The notes under the pieces were generated by a model, which saw nothing but the letters and a program-made list of their open reading frames with translations, made no database searches and was not told the origin of the DNA. This document shows positions 1 through 10,848 of a DNA stretch of 64,000 bases, piece by piece. The stretch is from IMG/VR virus record IMGVR_UViG_3300042351_000809; one strand, written 5' to 3'. How positions within the stretch are numbered: position 1 is the first letter of the stretch; the number at the start of each line of letters is the position of its first letter. Made by a program: the position numbers and the translations under genes. Source of the DNA: a virus.

Positions 1-118
1 AACAGCCGAAAGACCATTCCAAAGTCATATTGCCCACTGGAACGGTATGGCCTGAACATGACGCACAACATAATTACTGTAATAAGTATTGGTATGATCC
101 ACGATTTGATTGTGATAG

Positions 119-589
119 TCACGGCTTGGTCTCCTTGGATTTCATCCACGCATTTGAAAGCTGTTTTTTAACTGACTCTGGGCAGTCTTCAGTCAGCCAG
201 TTAAGCATCCGATTTTCTGATTCTTCCAGTTGCTTTATGCGCTCATTTTTGTTTTTCATACGATCAATTCCAATCTTCAATGCTTCTGTCATTGATACTG
301 GATGAAAGTTAAAAATACTTTCAATGATCTGAAACCACTCCTTGTCTCGTTCACAGATGATTTCACGCACATCACTTTCACTGAATTTTTGTTGCGTTGG
401 TCTATTGTTCATCACTTGACCTTCTTCATGTTTCAGTTCTGAATGAAGCTCTTTGAACCCACGATCCCAAACAGTCATTCTGCAAGAATTGCAGGTGGTC
501 AAGGTGTCGCCACTCCAGCAAACTGGCGATTCGATCAAAGTGGATTCTCTGTTGTTCTTTTTACAGAAGACTCGCTCTTTAGTTTCCAT
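119..589 (-). CDS. Hypothetical protein; N-terminal WSGDT domain is paralogous to the small ORF at 3231-3392
   Basis: 156-aa ORF in a tightly packed minus-strand run; shares the C..WSGDT...C...M..WD..F.E.H pattern with 3231-3392. Confidence 0.6.
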   Translation of the reverse strand: METKERVFCKKNNRESTLIESPVCWSGDTLTTCNSCRMTVWDRGFKELHSELKHEEGQVMNNRPTQQKFSESDVREIICERDKEWFQIIESIFNFHPVSMTEALKIGIDRMKNKNERIKQLEESENRMLNWLTEDCPESVKKQLSNAWMKSKETKP

Positions 590-842
590 GTTTTTCCTTT
601 TTTATCGTAATTATTTCATTGAACTGTTTCTTTGTATATTCAACGCCACTTAAAAACCAGCGTTTTAAACCATTATTTAGGACAATTGCTGGCCCATTTT
701 CATTATGAAGTTGATCGTTTATAAACCAACACTTTGTGCCGTTGGCGAATTCTTCAGCAGGACCATTTTCATTATGAAGTTTACCCTTAAAAAACCAGCG
801 TTTGGTTCCTTGGTCATCAATTTTAACGGTATAAGTTTTCAT
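579..842 (-). CDS. Small LHNENGPA-repeat protein (phage hypothetical)
   Basis: Tandem W(F)xxxxLHNENGPA units separated by G.K.W, a repeat type common in large phages. Confidence 0.7.
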   Translation of the reverse strand: MKTYTVKIDDQGTKRWFFKGKLHNENGPAEEFANGTKCWFINDQLHNENGPAIVLNNGLKRWFLSGVEYTKKQFNEIITIKKEKHGN

Positions 843-847
843 GTAGA

Positions 848-2716
848 TTAAACTTTTTTAAATTGAGAAGTATCAATTGTCTTATCGTAAGTTCGTAGTT
901 CAGTATTAAAGAATAGCCACATAACAAACCTACGAAAATAAGTGGGTTCACGATATATGCTCACTTCAATGGTTGAATCTGGAAAATACCACGCATATCT
1001 TTCTATAACTTTATATTTCATATTTAACTTATTATGGATTGCTGACATTAATTTACATTAGGTGTGGCGGGTATTTGGCCTGATGCTGGTTCATTGAGGC
1101 CAATTGATTTTTCTAGTTCTATGGCTCTTGAATTGATTGCAAACGTCGCAGATTGTATTGCGTCATTATTTGTTTTAATAAATGAAACTACAGCATTGGT
1201 AGCGTTGGACAATCGATAAAGAGCATGGTATAAATTGTCTAGTTCGTTATCTTTATGTTCTTTTGCGATAAATTTATCGGATTGACCATCATACATTTCA
1301 GAATAATTTACTTCTGCTTCATTTGCGATAGATTCAGCTTTTAGTTGAATTTCTGGATTATTCACAATAAACTTGTTGGATTGGGTTTCGTTATTCATAT
1401 TTTTGGATTTTACTAGTTTAGACAGTCTTAACCAGAACAGTCTACACTAGATATACGTTGCGAGCCGAGTGAATCTTTCAAGGTTTTTTGACTTTTTTCA
1501 ATCTTTTCCCATAATGCGGAACTGGTAGCCTTCAGTGCCAAAAATGTCATCGTGATTAGTTTGAACTTCACCCATTAATACCAGCAACTCATTCCAAGTG
1601 TCATCTATTACCTTTTCATCTTCCTTGGCATCAAGATTCTCTGCCCATTCAGCGAGATTCTTGAAGGCATCGACTAGGTTCTTCTTATCGTATTTGTATT
1701 TCATATTATTTAATCTATAAATCCATTTACTTGTTTATTTTTCCACGTTTCAAGATTTTTGACTTGATTTTCGAGGTTATCAACTGACTTGCGCGAAGAT
1801 ACATCATACAAGGCCCAGTTGTCAATACCTTGTTTCTTGAAATAATTTCCAAGGAGCAGGGCTGCGTCCTTGACTTCTTGAGGAATTTCTCTCCACAAAT
1901 TATCTGGAGTCATATTTTATTAAAATATTAAAGCATTTCTAAATTTAGAATTAATGTAACTCTTAACTCTGTCAAAGCCATTATCAATTTGTATAACTTC
2001 GACCTTAAAAGTTAATTTAGTTTTAGTAAAAGGCTTTTTAGTTTCATGATCTAGTGGCGAAGTAGTCAACAGAACTTTACCATCAAATTTGCCCATTAAA
2101 TAATCATTATTGATATCTTCTCCATCTAAGTTCAAAAAGATAGGTCTACCATCCATAAAACCAGATGCAAATGTAATATCAAATAACTTTTCTACTTTCT
2201 CCACGCAACCTAGACCAAGTTCGTCAATTATTTTTTCAAGAGTTTCTTTATTTTCCTCTTCATCCTCAGAAGTAAAATTAAAAGAGTAGGTATGAGTTGT
2301 TTTCATTTTTCGTTCTGATAATTAAATAAAATCAACTTCACCTTATTCACTTTAATACCACACCTTTTTGCAATCTTATGGTATGCCATATTATGCTCAA
2401 GTCTAAGATGCAATACGTTCATCATTATAATTAAGTCTTGTGCGTCTTTGGCTTCGTTATAAGCTCCGCTGGCATGGGAATAAAGATTAGAGAGTGTTAC
2501 TACGTCCATATTAATTGTAAGGTTATATTATTTTTATTCTTCTTTGTTCATTTCTTTCAATTCCTTAACCAATTCAAACAAAGAATCAATTTCAGTAAAA
2601 GTGCCACTAGTGACACAATGTTCACTGAATGTTTTTTTGTCAAGTATATAGCACAAGGCTTTAATGTTGTGGCTTAAGGTTACAATTTTTAATTTATTTT
2701 CATCTGTCATTTTCAT
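848..2716 (-). other. Run of small hypothetical phage ORFs (848-1048, 1048-1398, 1498-1704, 1710-1913, 1920-2306, 2303-2509, 2534-2716)
   Basis: Abutting or overlapping same-strand ORFs of 60-130 aa with no recognisable motifs. Confidence 0.6.
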
Positions 2717-2895
2717 ATTAATCTTTCTTCTCCATCTTTTTCACTTCTGTATCAGTAAAAAAACAACTATCTCCTTTATCATCTACAAAAAACTCAAACT
2801 CACAACCTTTAACTATGCGTCGAGTTCCGGTGTATGTTAGTTCGTATTTTTTGCCAATAATATCAGTGTGGATAAATTTATCGCCTTTTTTCATA

Positions 2896-3228
2896 TTATT
2901 CTTCTACTTTCTCGTAAGTGGCTTCAAAGATATCTGGTTTGCAAGGATAATGTTCTCCTTTGATTCCTGTGATAATATAATCACCGGGGCAAACAATATG
3001 CCCACCTTCTAAAGTATCAATCCAACCATGCCAGCGCATCTTACAGCCACAATGATTGCATTGATGATCTCCGCTGAAGTAAGGTCGCCTGAAATATCTT
3101 ACAATCTTTCCTTCTTTTGGTGCTACTCCTGTATCTTCAGATGGTGTATAAACATCATCTTCAGGATGATCGCCATTATGAAACCATATAAAGGCTTCGA
3201 TAACTACAGGCTTTTTTCTGTATTTCAT
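2896..3228 (-). CDS. PGDYG-like phage protein (KYRKKPVVIEA...TLEG.H...PGDYII.G..GE.YPCKPDIF..TY) with a CxxC insert
   Basis: Characteristic N- and C-terminal motifs of a very common phage family. Confidence 0.75.
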   Translation of the reverse strand: MKYRKKPVVIEAFIWFHNGDHPEDDVYTPSEDTGVAPKEGKIVRYFRRPYFSGDHQCNHCGCKMRWHGWIDTLEGGHIVCPGDYIITGIKGEHYPCKPDIFEATYEKVEE

Positions 3229-3230
3229 AA

Positions 3231-3392
3231 TTAATTAACAAAAGGCTCTCCATCATTCATAATATGAAACTCATCAAAATCAAAATCCCAAATACTCATT
3301 CTACATTTATCACAAACAGAAATAGTGTCGCCGCTCCAAGGAACGGCGCACTCTTCTAATTTTGCTTCTTTTTTGAACTTTAAGCAAGTCAT
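3231..3392 (-). CDS. 53-aa hypothetical not in the ORF track (MTCLKFKKEAKLEECAVPWSGDTISVCDNVEMSIWDFDFDEFHIMNDGEPFVN)
   Basis: Translated by hand; fills the gap between 3228 and 3389; paralogous to the N-terminus of 119-589. Confidence 0.65.
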   Translation of the reverse strand: MTCLKFKKEAKLEECAVPWSGDTISVCDKCRMSIWDFDFDEFHIMNDGEPFVN

Positions 3393-3976
3393 ATCTTCAG
3401 CTTTGCAGGAACAAAAGTTCCCTCATTTTCTACAATATTCTCCATGATTAATTGGAGACGCTTTTTGTCAGATGGGTATTTATTATAAAATACTTCAATA
3501 CGATCATCTTCATCATAATCTCGAAAGTATCCGCCATTTGCTTCAAAATATGTTTCGATCAATTTTAGTTGAGAAGTGCTGAATATTTTATTAAGTTTGT
3601 TAGACAGGTTTACTTTTTCATCAATTAAATTTCCCAAATCTTCTGAAACATCATCAAGATCTTCAAGCAAGGTATTATTATTGAAATTTGTGCAACTCAT
3701 AAAGAGTCCCCCAAGAGCGCACACATTGCAAGATTCGATTTTCTTTTCTACGAATAATTCTTGAACAGAGTCGGTGTATTTAATATCTGCCCAAGTAGCA
3801 GTAGGATTGTAATTTGCCTGAACCCAACATCCAGACTCAGCAACATATCTCTTAGCCTTGAGTTGGGCAAGGACATCTTGAGCAATCATTACTCTTTTTT
3901 GAGATTTGGTTGCTTTTTTGAATTCTGCGTTTAGATTTTTAGTCTTCGTTTCCATAATAGTTTCTGAATTCTCCAT
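3389..3976 (-). CDS. Hypothetical protein with a CxxC motif (SCNVCALGG)
   Basis: 195-aa ORF; true start may be the internal Met (METKTK). Confidence 0.6.
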   Translation of the reverse strand: MENSETIMETKTKNLNAEFKKATKSQKRVMIAQDVLAQLKAKRYVAESGCWVQANYNPTATWADIKYTDSVQELFVEKKIESCNVCALGGLFMSCTNFNNNTLLEDLDDVSEDLGNLIDEKVNLSNKLNKIFSTSQLKLIETYFEANGGYFRDYDEDDRIEVFYNKYPSDKKRLQLIMENIVENEGTFVPAKLKI

Positions 3977-4847
3977 ATCCGAAATAAGAACGGAAATTTT
4001 CTTTGATAGCGTCGAGTTGCGGGTCTATCGTAGGGGCTTGGACAGGATTGTCAAGGATATATTTTTGACTATACTGGCTCTTCAATATGTTGGCTTTTTT
4101 CATTAATTCATACGCTTGGGCTTCAAGATCAAGAACATCTTGACAACCATTAGCATAACGATTTGCAGCTTCATCTTGAGATTGCAAATTGCCTTTATGA
4201 TTAATAATTTTTTGATACTCTATCTTGAATAATTCGTAAGACTCAGCGAGCTTAGGAAAGTCTTCAAGAAAGAAATAGAAACCAATATCCATAGGATATT
4301 GACCTCCTGCATCACCGGGGCATCCTGAACTAGTATGGAAACCTCTAAAACCGGGGCCTCCGCCGCCTCCATAATAACTACCAAAAAGAAGAGAATTAGC
4401 AGACTCTCCGCTGTTTTTACTCTTTTTGTAATTTTTAATAGATCCTTTAACGCGACCAGACCAACCAAGAAAACTAGTAGGATAATTTTTATGATTACCG
4501 CTCCAATTAGTTTTCTCTCCAATTGGCGCAGCGTGAGAGTTACTCACTTGCCCAAAAGTAACATTAATATCAACCTCGCAATCAAATCCCCAGAATTCTT
4601 TTGCTTTTTCTACAATTAGGTTTTCAATTTCTGAAACATTTGTGACATTTAAGCGAATCCAATCTTTCTTTTCAAGATTAGATTTTTCAGCCAGCTTTTT
4701 TTGCTCTGCTGCAATTACGGCATCTTCTTTAGCCTTTATTGCTGCGGCAGCACTACGCTCTGCTTCTGCACGGGAGCGACACTTCTTGCCAGTCTCGGGG
4801 CAAATATAAACTTTTACTTCTTTAATTTCTTTCATAATTAACTCCAA
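3939..4847 (-). CDS. Hypothetical protein (N-terminal CPETGKKC, Gly-rich core)
   Basis: 302-aa ORF co-oriented with its neighbours. Confidence 0.6.
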   Translation of the reverse strand: MELIMKEIKEVKVYICPETGKKCRSRAEAERSAAAAIKAKEDAVIAAEQKKLAEKSNLEKKDWIRLNVTNVSEIENLIVEKAKEFWGFDCEVDINVTFGQVSNSHAAPIGEKTNWSGNHKNYPTSFLGWSGRVKGSIKNYKKSKNSGESANSLLFGSYYGGGGGPGFRGFHTSSGCPGDAGGQYPMDIGFYFFLEDFPKLAESYELFKIEYQKIINHKGNLQSQDEAANRYANGCQDVLDLEAQAYELMKKANILKSQYSQKYILDNPVQAPTIDPQLDAIKENFRSYFGYGEFRNYYGNED

Positions 4848-5185
4848 GTTCTATGTTGTTCAGCAATCCATTCGATACCATCGTAATCTTTAATCTCCCA
4901 TTTAACATCATCAGGCACTTCAACAACCTTCAATCTAGTATAACGAGTATTTGCTAAATCTCCAAGTTGCTCCATAACTTCAACGAGGACTGGATCATTT
5001 CTTTCAATATCCCATTCGGCAAATCCATTTTCGTCTTTGACTTCATTTAGGTAATAATGATAAATATCTTTAATTACTTCATCTTGTTTAGCTATGATGT
5101 TAAGACCTTTCTTCTCACCATACAAGAGGACAGCTTCTTTGCTAAGGTGAAAGCCGCCATAATTTTTATTGATTACTATTTTCAT
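4838..5185 (-). CDS. Conserved phage hypothetical protein (MKIVIN..YGGF...R.DP.LV.V.E.LG...EVPDDV.W.I..YDG.EW)
   Basis: Motif pattern recognised as a widespread phage family of unknown function. Confidence 0.7.
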   Translation of the reverse strand: MKIVINKNYGGFHLSKEAVLLYGEKKGLNIIAKQDEVIKDIYHYYLNEVKDENGFAEWDIERNDPVLVEVMEQLGDLANTRYTRLKVVEVPDDVKWEIKDYDGIEWIAEQHRTWS

Positions 5186-6631
5186 TTTGTTTCTTTTGCG
5201 GAAACGATATCCTCGTCAATAACTTCAGTGTGCATTAATTGTTCATCGCAGAAATCGCCGCTAAGGACTTTAGTCAAAGCCTCGTCCTCTGAATCAGCGT
5301 TAACTACAACAGTCTTATAGACTGTTTGCTTCATTAATACTTTGAATCTTTTTATTTTTTTTATCATTTTGCTTGCGGCTCCCAGTGATTTCGTACTTTC
5401 CCCAATCAATCTTATTCACGCCAAACTGATAATCGGGCGGAATAATTAGATAGTTTTTGAGAATATATTCTTTGATCTTGCGTTGAGCGTTGTTGTTGCT
5501 GCTGTAGACCTTGCCCACAATGTCTGGAGCGAAGTTAGTAGGCTTTTCGCTCTTCTTCAAGCTTTTTTTTGCAGCTTTTTTCGCTTCTTTTGCGGCTTCT
5601 GCGGCCAAAACTCTTTTTTTACTTTCGAGAGCAAGCTTGCCTCTCAGGGCATTTCCACGAAGCTTGTATGTAGGATCAGGATCATTGGGATTGCTTTCTT
5701 CATCAGTCTTAAATCCACGGCGACGTTCCCATGCTTTAAATTTTTCATTGAAATCATTAAAGAGTCCAATTGGAAGATCGGCACCTGCCGCATCCCACCA
5801 TGCAAAATTCTGACGAATTGATCCCCTGTATTGTGAATCGCTCATATATTAAGTGTTAGTAATTAAGTATTAGTAAATGTGTATCTTGTCGTGATTAATG
5901 TAAAGACTTTTAGTTACGATAGCTCTATGAGTTTTGTACCAGTTGTCCATGTTACTTTCTGTACCATAAACATAATCATTACCATATTTTTTGCACATAT
6001 AAAGAGGAACAGGATCGTGTTGATGAACTGTATTCACTTCTACTGAGGCGGGTCGATAGGGATACCCAACCATTTTGATTTCAGGAATGTAAACTCTTTC
6101 TGCTCTTGTAAATTGAATGCTTAGTTCAGCAAAGAATTTGATAGCATTGCCTTCAATTTTATGTTGAGTTTCTCCAGTCAGAATAGAACAGTAACCAGAC
6201 TCACTTCCACGATTAGAAAAATCATAAAAAGTACGATAATAATTTTGATGTTCTCCATACAAGCGAAGATTGGTATGGGCATCACGAAGATCAAAAGAAG
6301 GCTTATAATTTTTAACAACAAGATCAATTAGCTTGTTCTTGTCTGAATACTTGAGATTCAAGCACTCAACATCAAAAGCTTCATCATAAGCATCGCTTAC
6401 AGTATAATATTCAACAAGAATCATTAGTAATTAAGTGTTTTGTTTTCTTCTGTATCGTTGTAATTATAAACTACACCGTCTCTACTGCTTATTATCTTTG
6501 CTGAAATTAGATCTTTTCTGCAAGTTTCTATTACATCCATCGCTTGAGTAAAGCCCTCTCTGTTGTGAGGAAACTGGAGTATGCGGATGCTAGAATGAGT
6601 GTCAAGTTCCAACTCATAGTTCAGAAATATT

Positions 6632-6796
6632 TCATTCATCACGAAAACAATTTACAATTGATAAAACCGCAAGTATTCCAATTGCCACAACAGGTGGCGC
6701 AATGTCTACCCTCAACTTAGAGTAGAGGAGGTAAGAGGTCAAGCAGGAAAAAAGAAAAATTCCTACGGTCCAAAAGAAAAGTCTTGATTCTTTCAT
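6632..6796 (-). CDS. 54-aa two-TM membrane protein not in the ORF track
   Basis: Hand translation MKESRLFFWTVGIFLFSCLTSYLLYSKLRVDIAPPVVAIGILAVLSIVNCFRDE; fills an otherwise empty gap. Confidence 0.55.
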   Translation of the reverse strand: MKESRLFFWTVGIFLFSCLTSYLLYSKLRVDIAPPVVAIGILAVLSIVNCFRDE

Positions 6797-7261
6797 GGGT
6801 TAGGGCATGATTCTATACTTTTTCAGCTTTTTCTCGCACTCTTCAATTCGGGACTTTAATTCTTTTATAGTCTTTTGATCTCTTTCGAGTTGATCACAAA
6901 CGAAGTAGATATCAGCAGTTACTTGCGCTGGAACAATTCCTGCTTCTTCCATCGTTTGGTCAGTCTTGCCGGTGCGCCAATCATTTAAAATACGCAGCCT
7001 AGCTATTACTTCTTTAATCATGATTAGTAGAGAATATGATTTTCTTTACTGTGATGCCCTGTTTGGACTTGTCATGATATTTGGCTCCATAATGCTTTTT
7101 GCTTTCAATGAAGTCGATAATATCTTGTTTGATAGTATCAGCATCATCAGAATCAAAGTGCTTAGGGAGTTCAATAGATATGTAATAACTAGGCTTGTGG
7201 TCCATATATATAAGTACACTATATGAAACACTAAGTGAGCTACCGTTTCTTATGAGAAACT

Positions 7262-7951
7262 TTACAGTTCAAAAGCTGCAACCGTATGCTCAAAAGGATT
7301 CCCTTCAATGTTCTTTACTAAATTTAACATTTCAGCGGCGATCTCTCTAATCTCTTTTTGAGCATCAGGCTTATTACGCAAGCTCAAGAAGTGATTAAAA
7401 GAACGCCAATTAAACATCACATCGGCTTGAATTTGAGAATTATAAGTCTTGAAATAACGAGCAGATTCCTTGGCTCGCTTGCGACCAAGAACAGGCTCAA
7501 GATCCTTCAGAGCGGCATGATACAATCTGTTGCCAGCTTGCGTATACATTTCTAACACATCGGCCCAATTTTTACCGGGAAAATTAAGTTGACTATTTAC
7601 GTCAAGATTATTCGTGACTTCAATATTTTTCCAATCATCAGGAATAAGATACTTGTCTTCTTTGATTTCTTTATAACGAGCGGATTCGCCATTAACAGAT
7701 GTTCCAACTCGGTGTTTTATAATATGAATGTGACTAGCAATATCTGTATCAACTAAGAAGTGAAGAGCAGACTTTTCAAAAGGTGTGTGATGACCTGCGT
7801 CAGCGAGCATCTTAAGGAGTTTAGGAATTCTATTAATTTTATCTTCATTTAAGTCTCTGCTTGTAGAGGTCCAAGCTGAACAAGCGTGAACTTGATCGCT
7901 TCCATAGTAACCAATTAGCTGTACCTTATTATCGTTCTTGTCGTTAATCAT
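7262..7951 (-). CDS. thyX: FAD-dependent thymidylate synthase
   Basis: GHHTPFE, KHRVGTSVNGESARY (RHRx7-8S motif variant), NWRSFNHFLSLR..PDAQKEIR. Confidence 0.95.
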   Translation of the reverse strand: MINDKNDNKVQLIGYYGSDQVHACSAWTSTSRDLNEDKINRIPKLLKMLADAGHHTPFEKSALHFLVDTDIASHIHIIKHRVGTSVNGESARYKEIKEDKYLIPDDWKNIEVTNNLDVNSQLNFPGKNWADVLEMYTQAGNRLYHAALKDLEPVLGRKRAKESARYFKTYNSQIQADVMFNWRSFNHFLSLRNKPDAQKEIREIAAEMLNLVKNIEGNPFEHTVAAFEL

Positions 7952-8718
7952 ATATCTAAAAATTTTTTAATTTCCAACTTACCATTGTTAAATACTATAT
8001 ACTCATTTAATCCATTATCAATACAAAGATTGTCGCAATCTGCTGGATTCACGTTACCGTCTAAATGATGAGGATTAACTCTGCCATTCTTATGGTATGT
8101 ATGACCGACAATTTGTTTTAAACCTTCAATAGGCTGAAACTCTTGTTTGAAATCTAACCAAACAATTCCTCCGCCTTTTTTAGGACCACCTCTGCTTCGA
8201 CCAGCATAATAAAACCAATGATTTTGATCTGTTCTTAAGGCAATGTTCGCACGTTCTATTTCTTTTGTAAGAAAAAGATTTAGGTCATCATTGTTTTTAA
8301 CCGTGGGATCTATGTAATCAGGATAAAGTCCAGCATGAGTACAAAGAAAATCATCAACCCAGATTCGCCATTTGAACTTATTAGTAATATTTTGACGTTC
8401 AAATCCTAGTATTTCATTGATAGCAAAATACTTTCTATCTTCATAACCACTACACATCGCATAATGATTATTAAATAGATAATGCAAGTCATGATTACCA
8501 AACAAAGTGTAATTGTTTGGAACAGAAAGATACTGCATTAAATAGGCAGCAGTTTTTGTGTAATCAGAATTAGCTTCTAAATAAAAACTATCAAACCAAT
8601 CTCCTAAACAGACATTAACATCCGCCGCTTCATGTTTAACAATTTTATCGAACTTTTCAACGTTGTTATGAAGATCGGAAACCAACAAGATCTTCTTTCC
8701 GTAAGAGTTTAACTTCAT
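7948..8718 (-). CDS. Calcineurin-like metallophosphoesterase
   Basis: SDLH, LGDWFD, GNHD, THAG and QIVGHT motifs. Confidence 0.9.
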   Translation of the reverse strand: MKLNSYGKKILLVSDLHNNVEKFDKIVKHEAADVNVCLGDWFDSFYLEANSDYTKTAAYLMQYLSVPNNYTLFGNHDLHYLFNNHYAMCSGYEDRKYFAINEILGFERQNITNKFKWRIWVDDFLCTHAGLYPDYIDPTVKNNDDLNLFLTKEIERANIALRTDQNHWFYYAGRSRGGPKKGGGIVWLDFKQEFQPIEGLKQIVGHTYHKNGRVNPHHLDGNVNPADCDNLCIDNGLNEYIVFNNGKLEIKKFLDI

Positions 8719-8865
8719 TTTTCTTTATTTGATTATGGATTATTTTATTAACTTTGCATTCACAGCTATTCATTTCAGGAAAACCGGGACCAATTAGCAT
8801 CCCTCCCCAACTGTAACAGTGATGCCAACCCTGACTGATTTCTTCGGGAGTTAGCTCATTGAAGT

Positions 8866-9198
8866 CTAAATTTTCCATGCATCGACATTTGGTTGACGAA
8901 TCCTAAGAATAGGAGCGGATTCTTTTTCCTTAACGTCTAGCCATTTAATTTCAAAGTCACCTTTTTCATCTCCTCCCATTCTCATTTGTCTCTCTCCAAC
9001 CTGAAAGACAATACTAGATACCACTAATGGAATCTTTGGGCATGAAGTTCCTAAACCAATATTACCGTCAGTATTTAATTTTAATGGATGAAATTCTTGT
9101 ATTGGTTGAGGTTTTTCTTCTGATTTAAGAAGACTTGGCGCAGCGGTTGCTGCCAAAATACCTCCGAATATAGTTTTGAAAAAACCTTTGCGGTTCAT
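8866..9198 (-). CDS. Hypothetical protein with a Tat-like signal peptide
   Basis: MNRKGFFKTIFGGILAATAAP resembles the S/T-R-R-x-F-L-K motif followed by a hydrophobic stretch. Confidence 0.5.
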   Translation of the reverse strand: MNRKGFFKTIFGGILAATAAPSLLKSEEKPQPIQEFHPLKLNTDGNIGLGTSCPKIPLVVSSIVFQVGERQMRMGGDEKGDFEIKWLDVKEKESAPILRIRQPNVDAWKI

Positions 9199-9210
9199 AC
9201 CTACATTATA

Positions 9211-9789
9211 TCAGTCTTCGTCTTCTTCAGCAAATTTTTGTTCTGGATGATAAACGAATTCTGGTCCAGTGTAGCCATAGCCTGTATCACCATGATCATG
9301 ATAATCATCAGGAGCTTCGCCATTATAGTAAACTTCTTCAAGATATTTTTGACCATCTTGGTCTACGCCATACTGGACAGTTAGCTTCTTTGGATCAAAC
9401 TCTGTGACATTCTCCCAGTAGTAGATATAATTAAATTTCATATCATGATACCACCAGATATTTACTTTGCCTACTTCGTCTGGTTCTTGAGGAATGTAAT
9501 TGCAGCCACCACCTTTTTCAAATTGAAATCGACTCCAATCTGAGGTTGTGAAAATTGGTTCTTCTTGATTTTTAATATATTCATCGCCCCCAAGATAAAC
9601 ATTTATAGAATCATAACCATCAGCACTAAAATAAGGACAAGTCTCATAGACATCTCCTCCGCAAAAACACTCATCTCCATCTCTAAAAGCATCTTCAAAT
9701 TGCTCTTGAGTTTGCTCAGGAGTGGGGCCATCTATTGTGTCGCGGTTGTACTCATTGGTTCCGCGCATCCAGATTTTAATCTTTAGCAT
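9211..9789 (-). CDS. Acidic hypothetical protein
   Basis: 192-aa D/E/Y-rich ORF. Confidence 0.6.
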   Translation of the reverse strand: MLKIKIWMRGTNEYNRDTIDGPTPEQTQEQFEDAFRDGDECFCGGDVYETCPYFSADGYDSINVYLGGDEYIKNQEEPIFTTSDWSRFQFEKGGGCNYIPQEPDEVGKVNIWWYHDMKFNYIYYWENVTEFDPKKLTVQYGVDQDGQKYLEEVYYNGEAPDDYHDHGDTGYGYTGPEFVYHPEQKFAEEDED

Positions 9790-10131
9790 GATTTCCAGTT
9801 AGGATTATTGGGAGTGCTAGTGCCAGCGGTATAAAAAACTGTTGGATAACTAGGATAAGATGGATATGTTGGGTAAGGATAACTAGGCGAAGTCCTTGGC
9901 TCTACTATTCCAAGAACTTTATGCAATTGGTTATAAATATCATAAACCTCGTCTCTTGACAAGACGAACTCTTGATCCTTAATCTTAAGGTTATATGAAA
10001 CAGTAACGCATGATGAACTCATACCGTATTATATCTACCTGTTCCATAAATCAAAAATAAAAACAAGTATCAAAAACAAAACGCAACCTGCGCCAAATGT
10101 AAGCACAAGGTGACAAAACAATTGTTGAAGC

Positions 10132-10629
10132 TTATCTTTTCTCATTTTTTAATTTGAATGGCTTTAAGTGTTTAATTTCTATATTATAACAATCTGCCTG
10201 AAATTTGAAACCGATGTGAGAGCTAGGATCTGGGTCTCCTTTTTTATAGAAGATGGCTTTGTTATAAAAGTCTTCTTTTAGTATGCCTCCAAGAATCCAA
10301 GCTTTACTAAAGTCTTTTAATATTCTAATAAATCCATAAACCTCACAATCTTGACTTGTATTGTAATCAGCAACAGTGCAGTAATAATTAAGGTTAGGCT
10401 TGCTTGTGCATTGCTTTGTTTTGACATCTACTGTTCTGCCTGATCTTACCAAGTCAAAGTCATAAGTATTAGACCGATCTGCTTTAATGTAATCTGCAAC
10501 AAGTATTTCGCCAAGTACGCCATACACATTGCCTTTGCCGCTAAGGATAGAATTATTAAGGATTCCAATCTTCTTGGCTTCTTCTTTAGCAAGAGAAATC
10601 TGAGAAAGAGTTGGAATAATTTCTATCAT
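10132..10629 (-). CDS. Putative PD-(D/E)XK-type nuclease
   Basis: G.LGE...D.D....DVKTK pattern. Confidence 0.5.
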   Translation of the reverse strand: MIEIIPTLSQISLAKEEAKKIGILNNSILSGKGNVYGVLGEILVADYIKADRSNTYDFDLVRSGRTVDVKTKQCTSKPNLNYYCTVADYNTSQDCEVYGFIRILKDFSKAWILGGILKEDFYNKAIFYKKGDPDPSSHIGFKFQADCYNIEIKHLKPFKLKNEKR

Positions 10630-10848
10630 TTTAATCGTGAATATTTATATATCTAATAGAAAGTTCTTCATGCAAACGAGTACGAATGGCTTGAAGAGCT
10701 TCTTCTGGGGTTTTAAACGTATGCCCGTATTTCAAATAACTCCGCAAAGCATCTTCTAAATTACCGATTACGCAAAGCATATCTCTGGCTTGATTTGCCA
10801 TTTGATATTCTCTTTCTTCTTCAGGAAGATTAAATTCTAGGATTGCTT

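Noticed and set aside
9840-9892. Imperfect 9-nt tandem repeat
   Set aside because: It simply encodes a low-complexity SYP/TYP peptide stretch; it is neither a CRISPR array nor a DGR repeat, and no reverse transcriptase is present
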